64,000 bases of DNA from Octopus vulgaris (taxonomy: Eukaryota): positions 104,160,001-104,224,000 of the forward strand of contig OX597823.1 of assembly GCA_951406725.2 (NCBI GenBank), written 5' to 3'. Below, piece after piece: positions 42,461-54,682 of this stretch. The notes under the pieces were generated by a model. It saw only the letters and a program-made list of their open reading frames with translations, searched no databases and was not told where the DNA came from. Numbering within the stretch: position 1 is the first letter of the stretch; each line of letters opens with the position of its first letter. A program made the translations under genes and the position numbers.

Positions 42461-42811
42461 TTATCGCTTCCTTTGGGCGGCGTGTCAGTCAAGAGCGACA
42501 TCGGTGTAATTCGAACACAGAACGTGAAGGTTTTTAACTAAATGCCAAAATATTTTGTGCAACGCTCTCCTAATCACATTTTGTTAAAGTAACACTATTA
42601 ATCACGTTTAATTAATTCATCAAACTGGATGTCAGTTACGCGCTGCAGAAAGTATATTAACATATTTCTAATTATAGGACATAATTGAGTTTGACGATAA
42701 TTATAATTATCTTCAAAAGTGATATTTACTGTTAATTTATTAATCAGCTATCCGTTAACTAACATGTCTGCTGACACCATAAATGCATATTTAAAAACAT
42801 GTAGATATCTT

Positions 42812-42908
<97 letters not shown>

Positions 42909-42996
42909 TTATATGAATGCTATATCTCGTTTACATTTAGGATATGTAGAATACCATATGTTATATGTGTGTGAGTATACGTTATGTACGTGTGTG

Positions 42997-43035
<39 letters not shown>

Positions 43036-43124
43036 TTGAGTCTTTGTGTGTATGTGTGTGTATGCATTCACCGTTTTTTTTTACATATAAGTGTTTCAGT
43101 ACACAGACACACAGACACACACAT

Positions 43125-43292
43125 ATATATGCTTGTATGTATGCTCTATCTGTTTTACATTTAGGATACGTAGAACGCGATAGGTTATATATGTGTGTGA
43201 GTACACGTTTATGTATACTCACACTTTACAATGTAACCTATTGTAATCTACGTATGTATGCTCTATTGTAGAGCATACATACAAGCATATAT
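43125..43292. mobile_element. Small MITE-like palindromic element in (TA)n context
   Basis: 24-bp perfect inverted termini atatatgcttgtatgtatgctcta / tagagcatacatacaagcatatat; partial copy at 42901-42990. Confidence 0.55.
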
Positions 43293-43447
43293 TTATATAT
43301 ATATGTAGCTTTGTTGGCCTACAAAGAAAAAGAAAAATATTTATCCACCAATGCGGTGTTTAGCACGTTCTCACTGATGACATTTCAGTATATATATAAT
43401 ATATATATCTATGCATATATACATATATATATATATTATATACAGAT

Positions 43448-43514
<67 letters not shown>

Positions 43515-43542
43515 CGATCAATCTGCGTTCATACATACAATA

Positions 43543-43631
<89 letters not shown>

Positions 43632-43809
43632 TGTAATATCGATTAGTGAGAACAAGTGTTAGCACTGCATTGATGCATAATTTTTCGGGGGTTTTTTGGG
43701 TTAACAAGGCTGCCATTTTTTATGCCGACAATTCTCAGCAATTATCAAGCTTTCCACATGGGAGTTGATATCCGTGTCTATCTACACGCGTCTATCTTCA
43801 CACACATAG

Positions 43810-43843
<34 letters not shown>

Positions 43844-43859
43844 TCATGTAGTTACAGCA

Positions 43860-44045
43860 ATGTAGCAACACACGTGCTGTTGGCGATTTCTTTTCCTTCT
43901 TTGGACTTTTCCCTTTTCTCCTTCCCGACAAAGAGCCTATGCTCGAAACGTCAAACTCTCTCTTCTTGCCGAGCGTCAAGCTAATACTTTCCTTGTGCAC
44001 GTCCTCTTGCAGTTCCTTAATTTTTTCGTTTATTTGAATTGATTG
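43860..44045 (+). mobile_element. Solo Penelope pLTR-like cassette with degenerate hammerhead (43925-43956)
   Basis: gttggcgattt..CCGACAA-A-GAGC-ctat-GCTC-GAAA-CG-TC-aaac..gagcgtc..cacgtcctc; homologous to 59159-59306 and 61533-61746. Confidence 0.7.
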
Positions 44046-44516
44046 TGTGTATGTGTGTGTAAGCGTGCGAGAGAGAGAGAGGGGGGGATTATGATTTTCT
44101 AGATATGAAAGAGATGTACAAGAGTGTTTTTGTATAGATATCTAGAGAGAGAGACCAGTCGCAAACACTGAGTAAAACTGAAAGGAGAATGTTTCGTTGT
44201 ATGAATAAATATTAATATGCAGGTAAACTGGATATAATAGAAGTCAGATGTAGTATGCGATGAAGGAGACTGCACTGCTATGAGAATGTGATGCATGTGG
44301 GGAGGATGGCGAATGTATGCAATGATGCTTGATCGAAATGAATGGGACATGTGAAAGAGGGAAATCGAGTAAAATGTTTTGACTCTCACGGAGACAACAA
44401 GGGGCCCTGAGACCATTGGAGACACGTGACGTTTGAGATGTCCGACTTCTCGTGGAAGCATGGTGAAACGTACGTTAAAATACAGGTAGCGATGGAGACT
44501 AAGATATTACACTCAT

Positions 44517-44550
<34 letters not shown>

Positions 44551-44641
44551 GCATACATATATATATAATGTATATACCTGTATATACATATATATATATA
44601 TTTACATTAATACATATATGTGTATGTATGTGTGTAACTCG

Positions 44642-44676
<35 letters not shown>

Positions 44677-45676
44677 TTGTGTAATCTGGCTTGCCACCGT
44701 CCGTCTGTCTACTCCCACGGTCTCCTATCGCGACACATAAGTAAGCAGGGAATTTTTGTTGTTAGCTGATGAACTCCACCATCTATTCTTTCAAACTACT
44801 AGTTATCACTCTGTATTTCATTCTCTCTTCCTTCCTTTCTTTCTCTCTCTCTTTCCCCAACTATAATTGCTTTTCCCCAGATGAGAGGTGAATGATATCG
44901 ATCACATTCTCTAATGTTGACCATTTCGAAGACTACTCATTACTGGCGCACTTTCTTACCAACATACAAGTAGATACCATTAATGTCCCTCTCCCATTCT
45001 CCTCACCCATTACTATCGCTTTTATTACACCCTATTATTACTGTCTCTCTTCCATTACTCCTGCTAATGCTCTCTCCTCCGTTTCTCCGTCCTCTCCAAT
45101 CACTCTTTCTCCTTCATACCCTCACTTCTTTCTTCCTCTCTCTTTCGTTACTTTTCTGCAATTTCTGCTTCATTTTCTCTTCCGTTCCCTCTTCTGCTGG
45201 TCTCGTTACACTGAACAAACGAAGACAGCTGAGAATAATGCTGCTGTCATAATAACATGTATCCAGCACACCCTGTAAAGTGACTGACGAACGAGTGGAG
45301 GCAATGTATAATCAAGAGGGCCCTTTAGACTTATGTTGAGAACATGACAATCTTTCTAGTGCTTCCTAGCGGTTGGTGTTAAAAAGGCCACTGAATCATA
45401 AAGACCATGCCGAGGCAGAAAATACAACTGAGATTTAGTCTCCTAGTCCGTTCAGAAATCGTAGTAACTCTGAGTAAGGGCTCACTAGAACTGTGAAGTC
45501 CCGTCCAATACATACTTGCATGAAAAGTGGACGTAAAACATTGATATGTATGTGTGTATGTATATGTGTACACACAAACACACATACATGCACTAATATA
45601 TACACACATGCACACATACATACACACACACACACATATATATATATATATGCATCTATATATATGCATATATATA

Positions 45677-45744
<68 letters not shown>

Positions 45745-46773
45745 CATATCATTGCTTGATTACTTGAAATTATCTCCCTTCCTTAAGCTTTTTGGAGATC
45801 AAATGAAATTGTCGTTTGGTGTTTTGTTTTGCTTTTTTTCTCTAAAACCAAATACATCATTATATCATGTAAGGTATTTAGTATAACTTCTCGCTGTCTG
45901 TGCCCTGAGTCAGAACTTAAAAAACTTAGAAGCGAGATAACCAGGAGAAATACCCATCGAGATGTTTTCTTTTCATCCTTTTGGAGATCAATAAAAAAAA
46001 AAGGTTACCAGTCCATTGTAGTGGATTGGTGGAATTATCAAAACATTGGACAGGGTGCTTTATAGTATCTGCTTCACCTACGCTGCATTCAGAGTTCAAA
46101 TCGCACCCTGTCACTGAAAAGTATGACCAACAGATACAGAATATCACCAATCTGAAAAACCAATGAAAAAGATTACTCTCCTTTATTGAGTCAGAAGATC
46201 AACTGCCACCGTCACCACCGTCACCATCATCACCACCACCACATCACCACCACCACATCACCACCACCACATCACCACCATCTATTTTTGAACTTGGCCA
46301 CGAGCCATCATCTTTTAAACCCTTTGTACCAGTTTTCTATCTAATATCTATGTTCGCAATTATTGACTAAATTTATTCATCACTTCACAGGTTTTATTCC
46401 GTTCCTTTCTTATATTACTCTCTAAATATATTTCACTATAAAGACTACTTCATAACATTTCAACATTATTCATATGATGTTTCTATCTCAATATATTATA
46501 TACTCCACAACTTGTAATTAATTGTATTTCATTACGTTCTCAGTTACTGCTGCCATTTATCGCTACTATTGACATTTTTTATTCTCTGTTGCCACCATGT
46601 TATCCTTACTTTCCATAAATGTTAATACCAGTCATTATATTTCTTCTTCTTCTTCTCCTCCTCTTCTTCCTCCTCTTCCTCCTCTTCCTCCTCTTCCTCC
46701 TCTTCCTCCTCTTCCTCCTCTTCCTCCTCTTCCTCCTCTTCCCCTCCTCCTCCTCCTCTCCTTCTTCTTCATA

Positions 46774-46817
<44 letters not shown>

Positions 46818-47550
46818 ATTATTGTTGTTGTTGTTGTTGTTATCGTCATCCTCCTCCTCCTCCTCCTCATTATAATGATAAAACCTACATCATTATTTGT
46901 TGCCTTCACTATTATAATGATTCCATTAGAGTTATTAATAAGAATCCTTTCTACTATAGGAACAAGCCTGAAATTTCGGGGGAGGCGTAAGTCGGTTACA
47001 TCGACCCCAATACACAACTGGTACTTATTTTGTTGACTCCGAATAGATGAAAGGCAAAGTCAACCTTTTGGAGTCGACAAAATAAATACCAGTTTAACAC
47101 TGGGGGTAATGTAGTCGACTAGTCTTCTGCCCCAAAATTCTAGGCAGTACGCCTTTAATAGAAAGGATATCGTCCTCAAAGTCTTGAACTCTTGCATTGT
47201 AGTTTGTCCGTCGATTTTACGAAGACCATCTAGTCATCCTGGGGTGGGGGTGGGCTTGTTTTGTGAGCCTGCAGATGGCTAGTGCTCTGTTCCATGAGTG
47301 CTAATGATAACATGGAATCTGGTACAACCGGGATGTCGCCCGGTAAAGCAGCACTAGCACCAAGTTAGCCTGATGAGGATAGTTGCTAGAAACCCAGAAG
47401 GACTTTTAAAAAACAAAGACCCATCAAAAGGACTGATGATCCCAGTGTAGGTTCAACGACTATCAAGCAGTATCACGGGTATTCAAAGGTAACGGAGTGG
47501 TGTCCGGCATGCTGGAAGTCCACTGGGAGTAAGGTAACTCTCAGTTGTTG

Positions 47551-47782
47551 AAGGCGGCGAGCTGGCAGAACCGTTAGCACGCCGGGCGAAATGCGCAGCC
47601 GTACTTCGTCTGCCGTTACGTTCTGAGTTCAAATTCCGCCGAGGTCGACTTTGCCTTTCATCCTATCGGGGTCGATAAATTAAGTACCAGTTACGAACTG
47701 GGGACGATGTAATCGACTTAATCCGTTTGTCTGTCCTTGTTTGTTCCCTATATGTTTAGCCCCTTGTGGGCGATAAAGAAAT
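47551..47782 (+). mobile_element. Full-length SINE family A with 19-bp target-site duplication
   Basis: GGCGGCGAGCTGGCAGAA (A box-like)..GAGTTCAAATTCC (B box); TSD aggtaac(t/c)ctcagttgttg at 47532-47550 and 47783-47801. Confidence 0.95.
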
Positions 47783-48114
47783 AGGTAACCCTCAGTTGTT
47801 GCCCAAGCGTGTTTCTAAAAGAAGGTCCCTCCAGTATATAACTAGATATGCACAGGATGGCACTGACATTTTGCGGATCTTTTGCTTACGCTTGGTCACG
47901 ACACTTCCACATTCCTAGGCATGCGACCCATATTGGCACTAGATATCTTGCCTAGGTTTGTCTCTGGATAATATCAATAGGGTGGAAAGGCCTTATTGGA
48001 TCGAAAACTTTGCACATGTATTGTTTTGTCAGTGATGGTTATACTCGTCTACGAGTTGGCAACAATCATATATGTATGCATGCATGTATGTTTGTATGTT
48101 TGTATGTGTGTATG

Positions 48115-48159
<45 letters not shown>

Positions 48160-48564
48160 GAGGTGAGCAGAGGATTCACGCACACACATACACACACCCT
48201 TAAGTTGTTAACTATGAAAACTGTTGAAAAGAATACGCTTCGGGAGGCGGAGTGAAACGTCATACGAAAGTTCTGGAAGTCAATATTATAACACTTACAG
48301 CCAAAAGCGTCCATCGTCGCCACATTTGCACCGCAAATTTTGAGCTTGCACTTATGGATTGTATATTTATAATGCGCGAATTAACTGGTTGATTTCTTCT
48401 GTAAACCTCCAGCTTATCTAGTTTGCCACCTTATTCACAAAGGCATTTATTCACAAAATTCAAGGGCATCAAATATTAGTGGCATAAATTTGAATTTATA
48501 ATTTAGACTAGCTGAAGGTGACCCGCTCTACGCGCGGGTAAGAGTGTGGTTGTTACTTTCTGTT

Positions 48565-48853
48565 GCTTCCTTTCAGCACGTAAAAAGCACCATCCGAACG
48601 TGGCCGATTGCAGCGCCGCCTTGACTTACTTCTGTGCCGGTGGTACGAGCCCCCCTGGCACCTGTGCCGGCGGCACGAAAAAAGCACCCACTACACTCAC
48701 AGAGTGGTTGGCGTTAGGAAGGTCATCCACCTGTAGAAACACTGCCAGATCAGACTGGAGCCTGGTGCAGCCTCCTGGCTTCCCAGACCCCAGTCAAACT
48801 GTCCAACCCGTACTAGCACGGAAAACGGACGTTAAACGATGATGATGATGATG
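48565..48853 (+). mobile_element. 5'-truncated SINE family C with (GAT)n tail
   Basis: gtggttggcgttaggaagg..gtccaacccgtactagcacggaaaacggacgttaaacgatgatgatg; absent from the homologous position in Helitron copy 1; degenerate relative at 45368-45545. Confidence 0.85.
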
Positions 48854-49438
48854 ATTCTCCGTCTTTGTTTCTCTCTCCTTTCTCTCTCACTTTCCCACTC
48901 TCTTACTTTTCTTTTCTCTCGGACTCTCCCTCGCTTTCTCTTACTCTCTATCTTTATCTATCTCTCTCCCATTTATAAACAACAGAAGATCTTGAGTAAG
49001 TTGAGAAATAAAATATTTAGAAAGATCAATCATAAATATCAGGCAGTGGCAACAGAAAGGTCTGCTTCAAGGCAGACAGCAAAACGCTAACATTTAAAAG
49101 GGACAGACGAACTTGCGAGCTGAATAAAAATAATAAAATATTGGAAACCAAAGTTTGAAGGGATAGAATCTGAGGATAGTAGAGTCACCATGGCTGGCAT
49201 TTCTTAACGACGGACAACAACGTATTGACAGCCCCATTTAGACCCCTTTTCACATTTTGGTTAATATAACACGATTTCAATCGGGTCTACTGGGGCCACA
49301 TTTTATAAGATGAGGAATTTTGTCCTAGAGGTGACGCCTTTCATTTGAGGTAAAAAATAGTTGTCATGCAAACTTGCCAGCACTTTTAACATAGGTGTGC
49401 ATATTTTCAGCTGAATCGACCGACTACGTAATGCACAC

Positions 49439-49495
<57 letters not shown>

Positions 49496-49497
49496 GT

Positions 49498-49541
<44 letters not shown>

Positions 49542-49682
49542 ACGCATTATATATACAAATGTATACAAATGAGATATATATCTGTATAAATTAAATTAGA
49601 GAGAAAACCACTAATAAGCAAATCAAACAGTGAAAAACCAAAAAACAAAAACATTAAAAAAATATATAATATAGAAAATATA

Positions 49683-50084
49683 TCTTCTTTATATATAAAA
49701 GTGAAGTTGTGTGTCTGTCTCCTACGATTTAGATTCCTAACTACTCCCACATTTTGCGGTGCAGTTTAACCAAAACCGGGTATCTTATAGTCGTGATTCA
49801 TATCGAGCCCTTCTGGGTATTCCCGCGCGTCTACGATGAGTCTACGATTTAAAAAAAAATTTACCATAATTTTTTTTCCATTTTAATGCATTTTTTTCGC
49901 TATTATATAAGGGAAGTAACTCTCTAAAAATGTCTACGATGAGTCAACGATTTAAAAAAAAATTTACCATCATTTTTTTCCATTTTTAATGCATTTTTTT
50001 GCTATTTTTTTGCTATAACTCTCTAAAAATGCTTATATAGTTATTTCCCTTACAAACCCGAGCAACGCCGGGCGATACTGCTAG
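49683..50084 (+). mobile_element. Complete 402-bp non-autonomous Helitron
   Basis: A|TCTTCTTTATATATAAAA 5' end; CCCGAGCAACGCCGGG hairpin then CTAG|T; no TSD; internal ~100-bp tandem duplication. Confidence 0.9.
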
Positions 50085-50869
50085 TAAAATATAAAATTGA
50101 AAAATTTAAATTATTTAAATTGAAAATAAAAATTATTAAATTATATTTATAATTTGTTTAAAAATATATATAACTATGAAAAAATATGAAAAAGTTTAAT
50201 ATACATAAATACAGATATATACACTTTGTATATATACATTATATATACGTATTTATATATAGAACACACACACATACATTATATATACATATTTATATAT
50301 AGAACACACACACACACATATAAATGAACGCAAGAATATCTGATTCATAATATTTGTTCTCATGCTCATGTGTTGTTGGTGACAGACAGATACTTAAAAG
50401 AATGCAGCCGAAGTGATGGGAAGGTAGGAAACAGAGTCAGTGTAAAAGAGAGGAAATAGCGAGAGTGACAGATACTTTAAATAACGGTAGTGGACTTATC
50501 AAAGTTATAAATGAAAGGGAGTAAGAGAGGGAAAGGAGGAAATAGCGTGAGTGAGGAAGATGGCCCCTAGCAACCACACCTTTTAAGATAGGGATTTCTA
50601 AGGTAGCCCACGAGCATCGTCACCTCATTCTACATGTCCCTGTAAATTTTGGAGCGAATCGGACGGGACGTAGTGGCATTGAAAGCGATCCAAGCGGTAT
50701 AAACGCATTTCAGTTTTATACATAGAGAAGAGATATAGAAGCTGGGGCTTTCGAATCAGTTGTTCATAGTTATCCTCTTTCATACATACATACATGCACA
50801 CATACATGCATACATACATACATACATACATACATACGTATGTATGTATTTGTATGTATGTGTGTGTGT

Positions 50870-51271
50870 ATTCTTTTATTCTTTTACTTGTTTCAGTCAT
50901 ATGACTGCGGCCATGCTGGAGCGGCACATTAAAGGGTTTAGCCGATGAAACCGATCCCAGGACTTATTCTTTGTAAGTATAGTACATATTTTGTCGGAGC
51001 CTTTTTGTCGAACCGCTTAGTTACGGGCAAATAAACACACCGGTAACGACCGTCAAGCGATGTTGGGGGACAAAGACAGACGCATTAATATATATATATA
51101 TAACATACGACAGGCTTCTTTCAGTTTCCGTCTACCAAATCCACTAACAAGGCTTTTGGTCAGTCCGTGGTTATAGCAGAAGACACTTGTCCAAGGTATT
51201 ATGCAGTGGGACTGAACCCGGAGCTATGTCGTTGGGAGGTATGCTTCTTACCACACAGCCACACCTGCGCC
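50870..51271 (-). mobile_element. SINE family B full-length copy
   Basis: Reverse complement of 52841-53240. Confidence 0.88.
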
Positions 51272-51272
51272 T

Positions 51273-52460
51273 ATGTATGTATGTATGTATGTATGTATGT
51301 ATGTATGTATGTATGTATGTATGTATGTATGTATGTATGTATGTATGTATGTATGTACACGCCTGCTCATGTATGTATGTGTGTGTGTGTATGTATGTAT
51401 GTCGGTGTGTATGTGCGTATGTATGTATGTATGTATGTACGTACGTACGTACGTATGTATGTATGCATGTATGTATGTATGTACGTACGTACGTACGTAT
51501 GTATGTATGTACGTATGTATGTAAGCATATATGTATGTATGTATGTACGTACGTATGTATGTATGTATGTATGCATGTATGTATGTATGTATGTACACGC
51601 CTGCTCATGTATGTATGTATGTATGTGTGTGTGTATGTATGTATGTCGGTGTGTATGTATGTGTGTATGTATGTGTGTATGTATGCATGCATGTATGTGT
51701 GTATGTATGCATGCATGTATGTATGTATGTTGAGATAACGCCATTTAATTAGTAGTAATTATCTTGCTATTTTAATTATGCTGCTATTTTAGACAATTAG
51801 ATGCGAGATGTTATGATACTCCGGGGTGAACAGGGGCGGAGATAACGCTTCAGAAGAGACATCATACAACTATGTCGGTGCCTCTGTGTGTATGAGTGTG
51901 TGAGTGTGTGTGTATGTGTGTGTGTTTGCGTGTGTGTGTGTGTATGTGTGTGTTTGTGTGTGTGTCTATGCTTGTGTATACGCATGTGTTTATATGTGTG
52001 CGTTTGCATATGTATGTATGTTTGGATTTGTGTTTGTGTATTTCTATATCTGTGTATTTTGTACGTATTTGTATTTGTGTATGTGTCTCTGTGGGTGCGT
52101 GGTATGCATCTATGTATGTGCTTCTTTGTATGTAAGCGTGTGTGTATATGTGCGTAGTAATTGTATGTGGGAATTTCTTTGTACATGTATATGTTTGTGG
52201 ATGTGTGGATGCCTATGTATGCATTTCTCTTACGTGTGCGAATATGTATGCGTATGTGTGTGAGTCTGTGTATTTATGTATGTATTTCTTCGCATGTAAC
52301 GTACGTGTAAATGTATCTTATTATAAGTGTGTGTACAGGCATGAGCATGCGTACAAGCGTGTATACGTGTGCGTATGTGTGTGTGCATACCTGCGACCAT
52401 GAACGTGTGTGTGTATGTATCAAGTAACACACACACAAACACACACAAATACACGCACAC
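51273..52460. repeat. (TATG)n and degenerate (TG)n field
   Basis: Directly visible. Confidence 0.95.
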
Positions 52461-52732
52461 ACAATGTGTATTATAGTTGGATGGATGGATGGATAAAGTT
52501 GTTTACTGTGATTACGAAGCACGACAATCTGAATGGAAACCTTGTCGCGCTCTGAGAGCAATCCAATTAGAGTCACACGGTTATTCGTTGATCTCCTATC
52601 CACAAAAGATTATAGACACCCACAAATTTTAAAATCTAATTCATCTGTTTCATCACAATCCTTTGACGAATGGTCACATGAAACTCTGGGTAACAGTTTG
52701 TGAAGTTTTATCGGCTTTAATAAAATAGCATA

Positions 52733-52768
<36 letters not shown>

Positions 52769-52802
52769 TGTATGTATGTATGTATGTGTGTATGTATCTA
52801 TA

Positions 52803-52840
<38 letters not shown>

Positions 52841-53240
52841 GGCGCAGGAGTGAGTGTGTGGTAAGTAGCTTGCTAACCAACCACATGGTTCCGGGTTCAG
52901 TCCCACTGCGTGGCATCTTGGGCAAGTGTCTTCTGCTATAGCCCCGAGCCGACCAATGCCTTGTGAGTGAATTTGGTAGACGGAAACTGAAAGAAGCCTG
53001 TCGTATATATGTATATATATATATATGTGTGTGTGTGTATTTGTGTGTCTGTGTTTGTCCCCCTAGCATTGCTTGACAACCGATGCTGGTGTGTTTACGT
53101 CCTCGTCACTTAGCGGTTTGGCAAAAGAGACCGATAGAATAAGTACTGGGCTTACAAAGAATAAGTCCCGGGGTCGAGTTGCTCGACTAAAGGCGGTGCT
53201 CCAGCATGGCCGCAGTCAAATGACTGAAACAAGTAAAAAA
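52841..53240 (+). mobile_element. Full-length tRNA-derived SINE family B with internal (TA)/(TG) tract
   Basis: GGCGCAGGAGTGAGTGTGTGGTAAG..GGGTTCAGTCCC (A/B box-like), cttgggcaagtgtctt, 3' end gctccagcatggccgcagtcaaatgactgaaacaagtaaaa; fragments also near 16200-16560, 20680, 26120, 30907, 37930, 60545. Confidence 0.92.
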
Positions 53241-53546
53241 ATAAAACAATAAATTAATATATATCCGTATGTGTGTGTATATGTTTGTGTATGTGTGACT
53301 ATGTATGTATGCATGCATGTACATACATACATAAACACACACACAAACATACACAGTATTTCTTTCCGAATTAGAATTTTTCCTACTTTCACTTTTTAAC
53401 ATCATCCATTTTATATTTGTTAATAATATTGCAGCAACCCCCGCGAGATCTCGATTAAAAAAAGGGGTTATTTAAGCATGAAAGAAAAAAGCAGATTTCG
53501 GTGCAAAGATTAATGAACGATGGGATAAACTACAAATTAATAGGGT

Positions 53547-53629
<83 letters not shown>

Positions 53630-54632
53630 CGTGTGTGTGTATGCGTGTGTGTGTTGATGCAATATATGGTAGTAAACACCTCTCCGGTTCATTACTGTCT
53701 CAATAGGTGTTTTAAGATGTTAACTTCATGGATCACGATTTACCGAAACTACAGCAATAAAAATCTGCACGTTGTGGAATTCGACGGTAAACAAATCAGT
53801 GAGAAGAATATCATCCTTAAATTGCCAAATAACATAAGTAAAAACGTAATTAAGGTATTGAAGGTTGAGCAAACAAGAAAATGCACGAAGCTTTGCTTCA
53901 TGGCATATTTGCAAAGTGATTTTGATAAGAACAAAGTACGTTCTGCTTTTAATGAAAACTAGTGTTAGGTCATTGGCAAATACACCTGTAGCTCAATTAA
54001 CGAAATTAACGTTCCACGTAATTATTACTTTCTTTCTTTTTGTTTCGTTGTCAGAAATTTCGTTATCGGGGAGAACAAAGCATTTTATGCACATACGGTC
54101 TTTTAATTGACAGAAGTATACATTTATTTAATGTACAGTAGGTTCATAATACCTCTGCATGTGTAAAGATAGAATTCTTTGATCAAAGCTCTATATATAA
54201 TGTTATCAAAAAACATGCACACACTTTAGTTTACGCAGCAAGTAAAAAAAAATACCAAGCAATAAAAAATATATATTCTACTACATTTTGCAATATTTTT
54301 ATGGTCTTAAACGTGCGCGCTCACACACATACACTCAAACACACACACACACACACACACATATAATTGATTAAGGAAACTGAAGGTGAATTTAGTACGA
54401 ATCTTTATTCAACACGACGATCGTTTCGACCCATCTTGCATCTGTCCCTTTGGGGTAGGATATTGCGCATCTAGTTGTTTTGCATTAATCAGTGCACTGA
54501 TTATAAACTCAACAGTCTCTGCCGATTTCCTGTCGTAGATCCAGTGACAATTATATCGTAACTGTGGATGACATCAGGTGGATGTGCTTTAATCGACATA
54601 CTAATAGAGATATATCTAAAGTCCAAGTAGTT

Positions 54633-54678
<46 letters not shown>

Positions 54679-54682
54679 CAAC

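Larger units (their letters stand above)
48508..50733 (-). mobile_element. Non-autonomous Helitron-like element, copy 2, carrying two nested insertions
   Basis: Same ctagct..ggtgacccgctctacgcgcgggtaagagtgtgg terminus as 32403; other end reads A|TCTCTTCTCTATGTATAAAA on minus strand. Confidence 0.75.

Noticed and set aside
52660-52697. TTGACGA-ATG-gtca-CAT-GAAAC..GTA hammerhead-like motif
   Set aside because: First core base mutated and stem I does not pair
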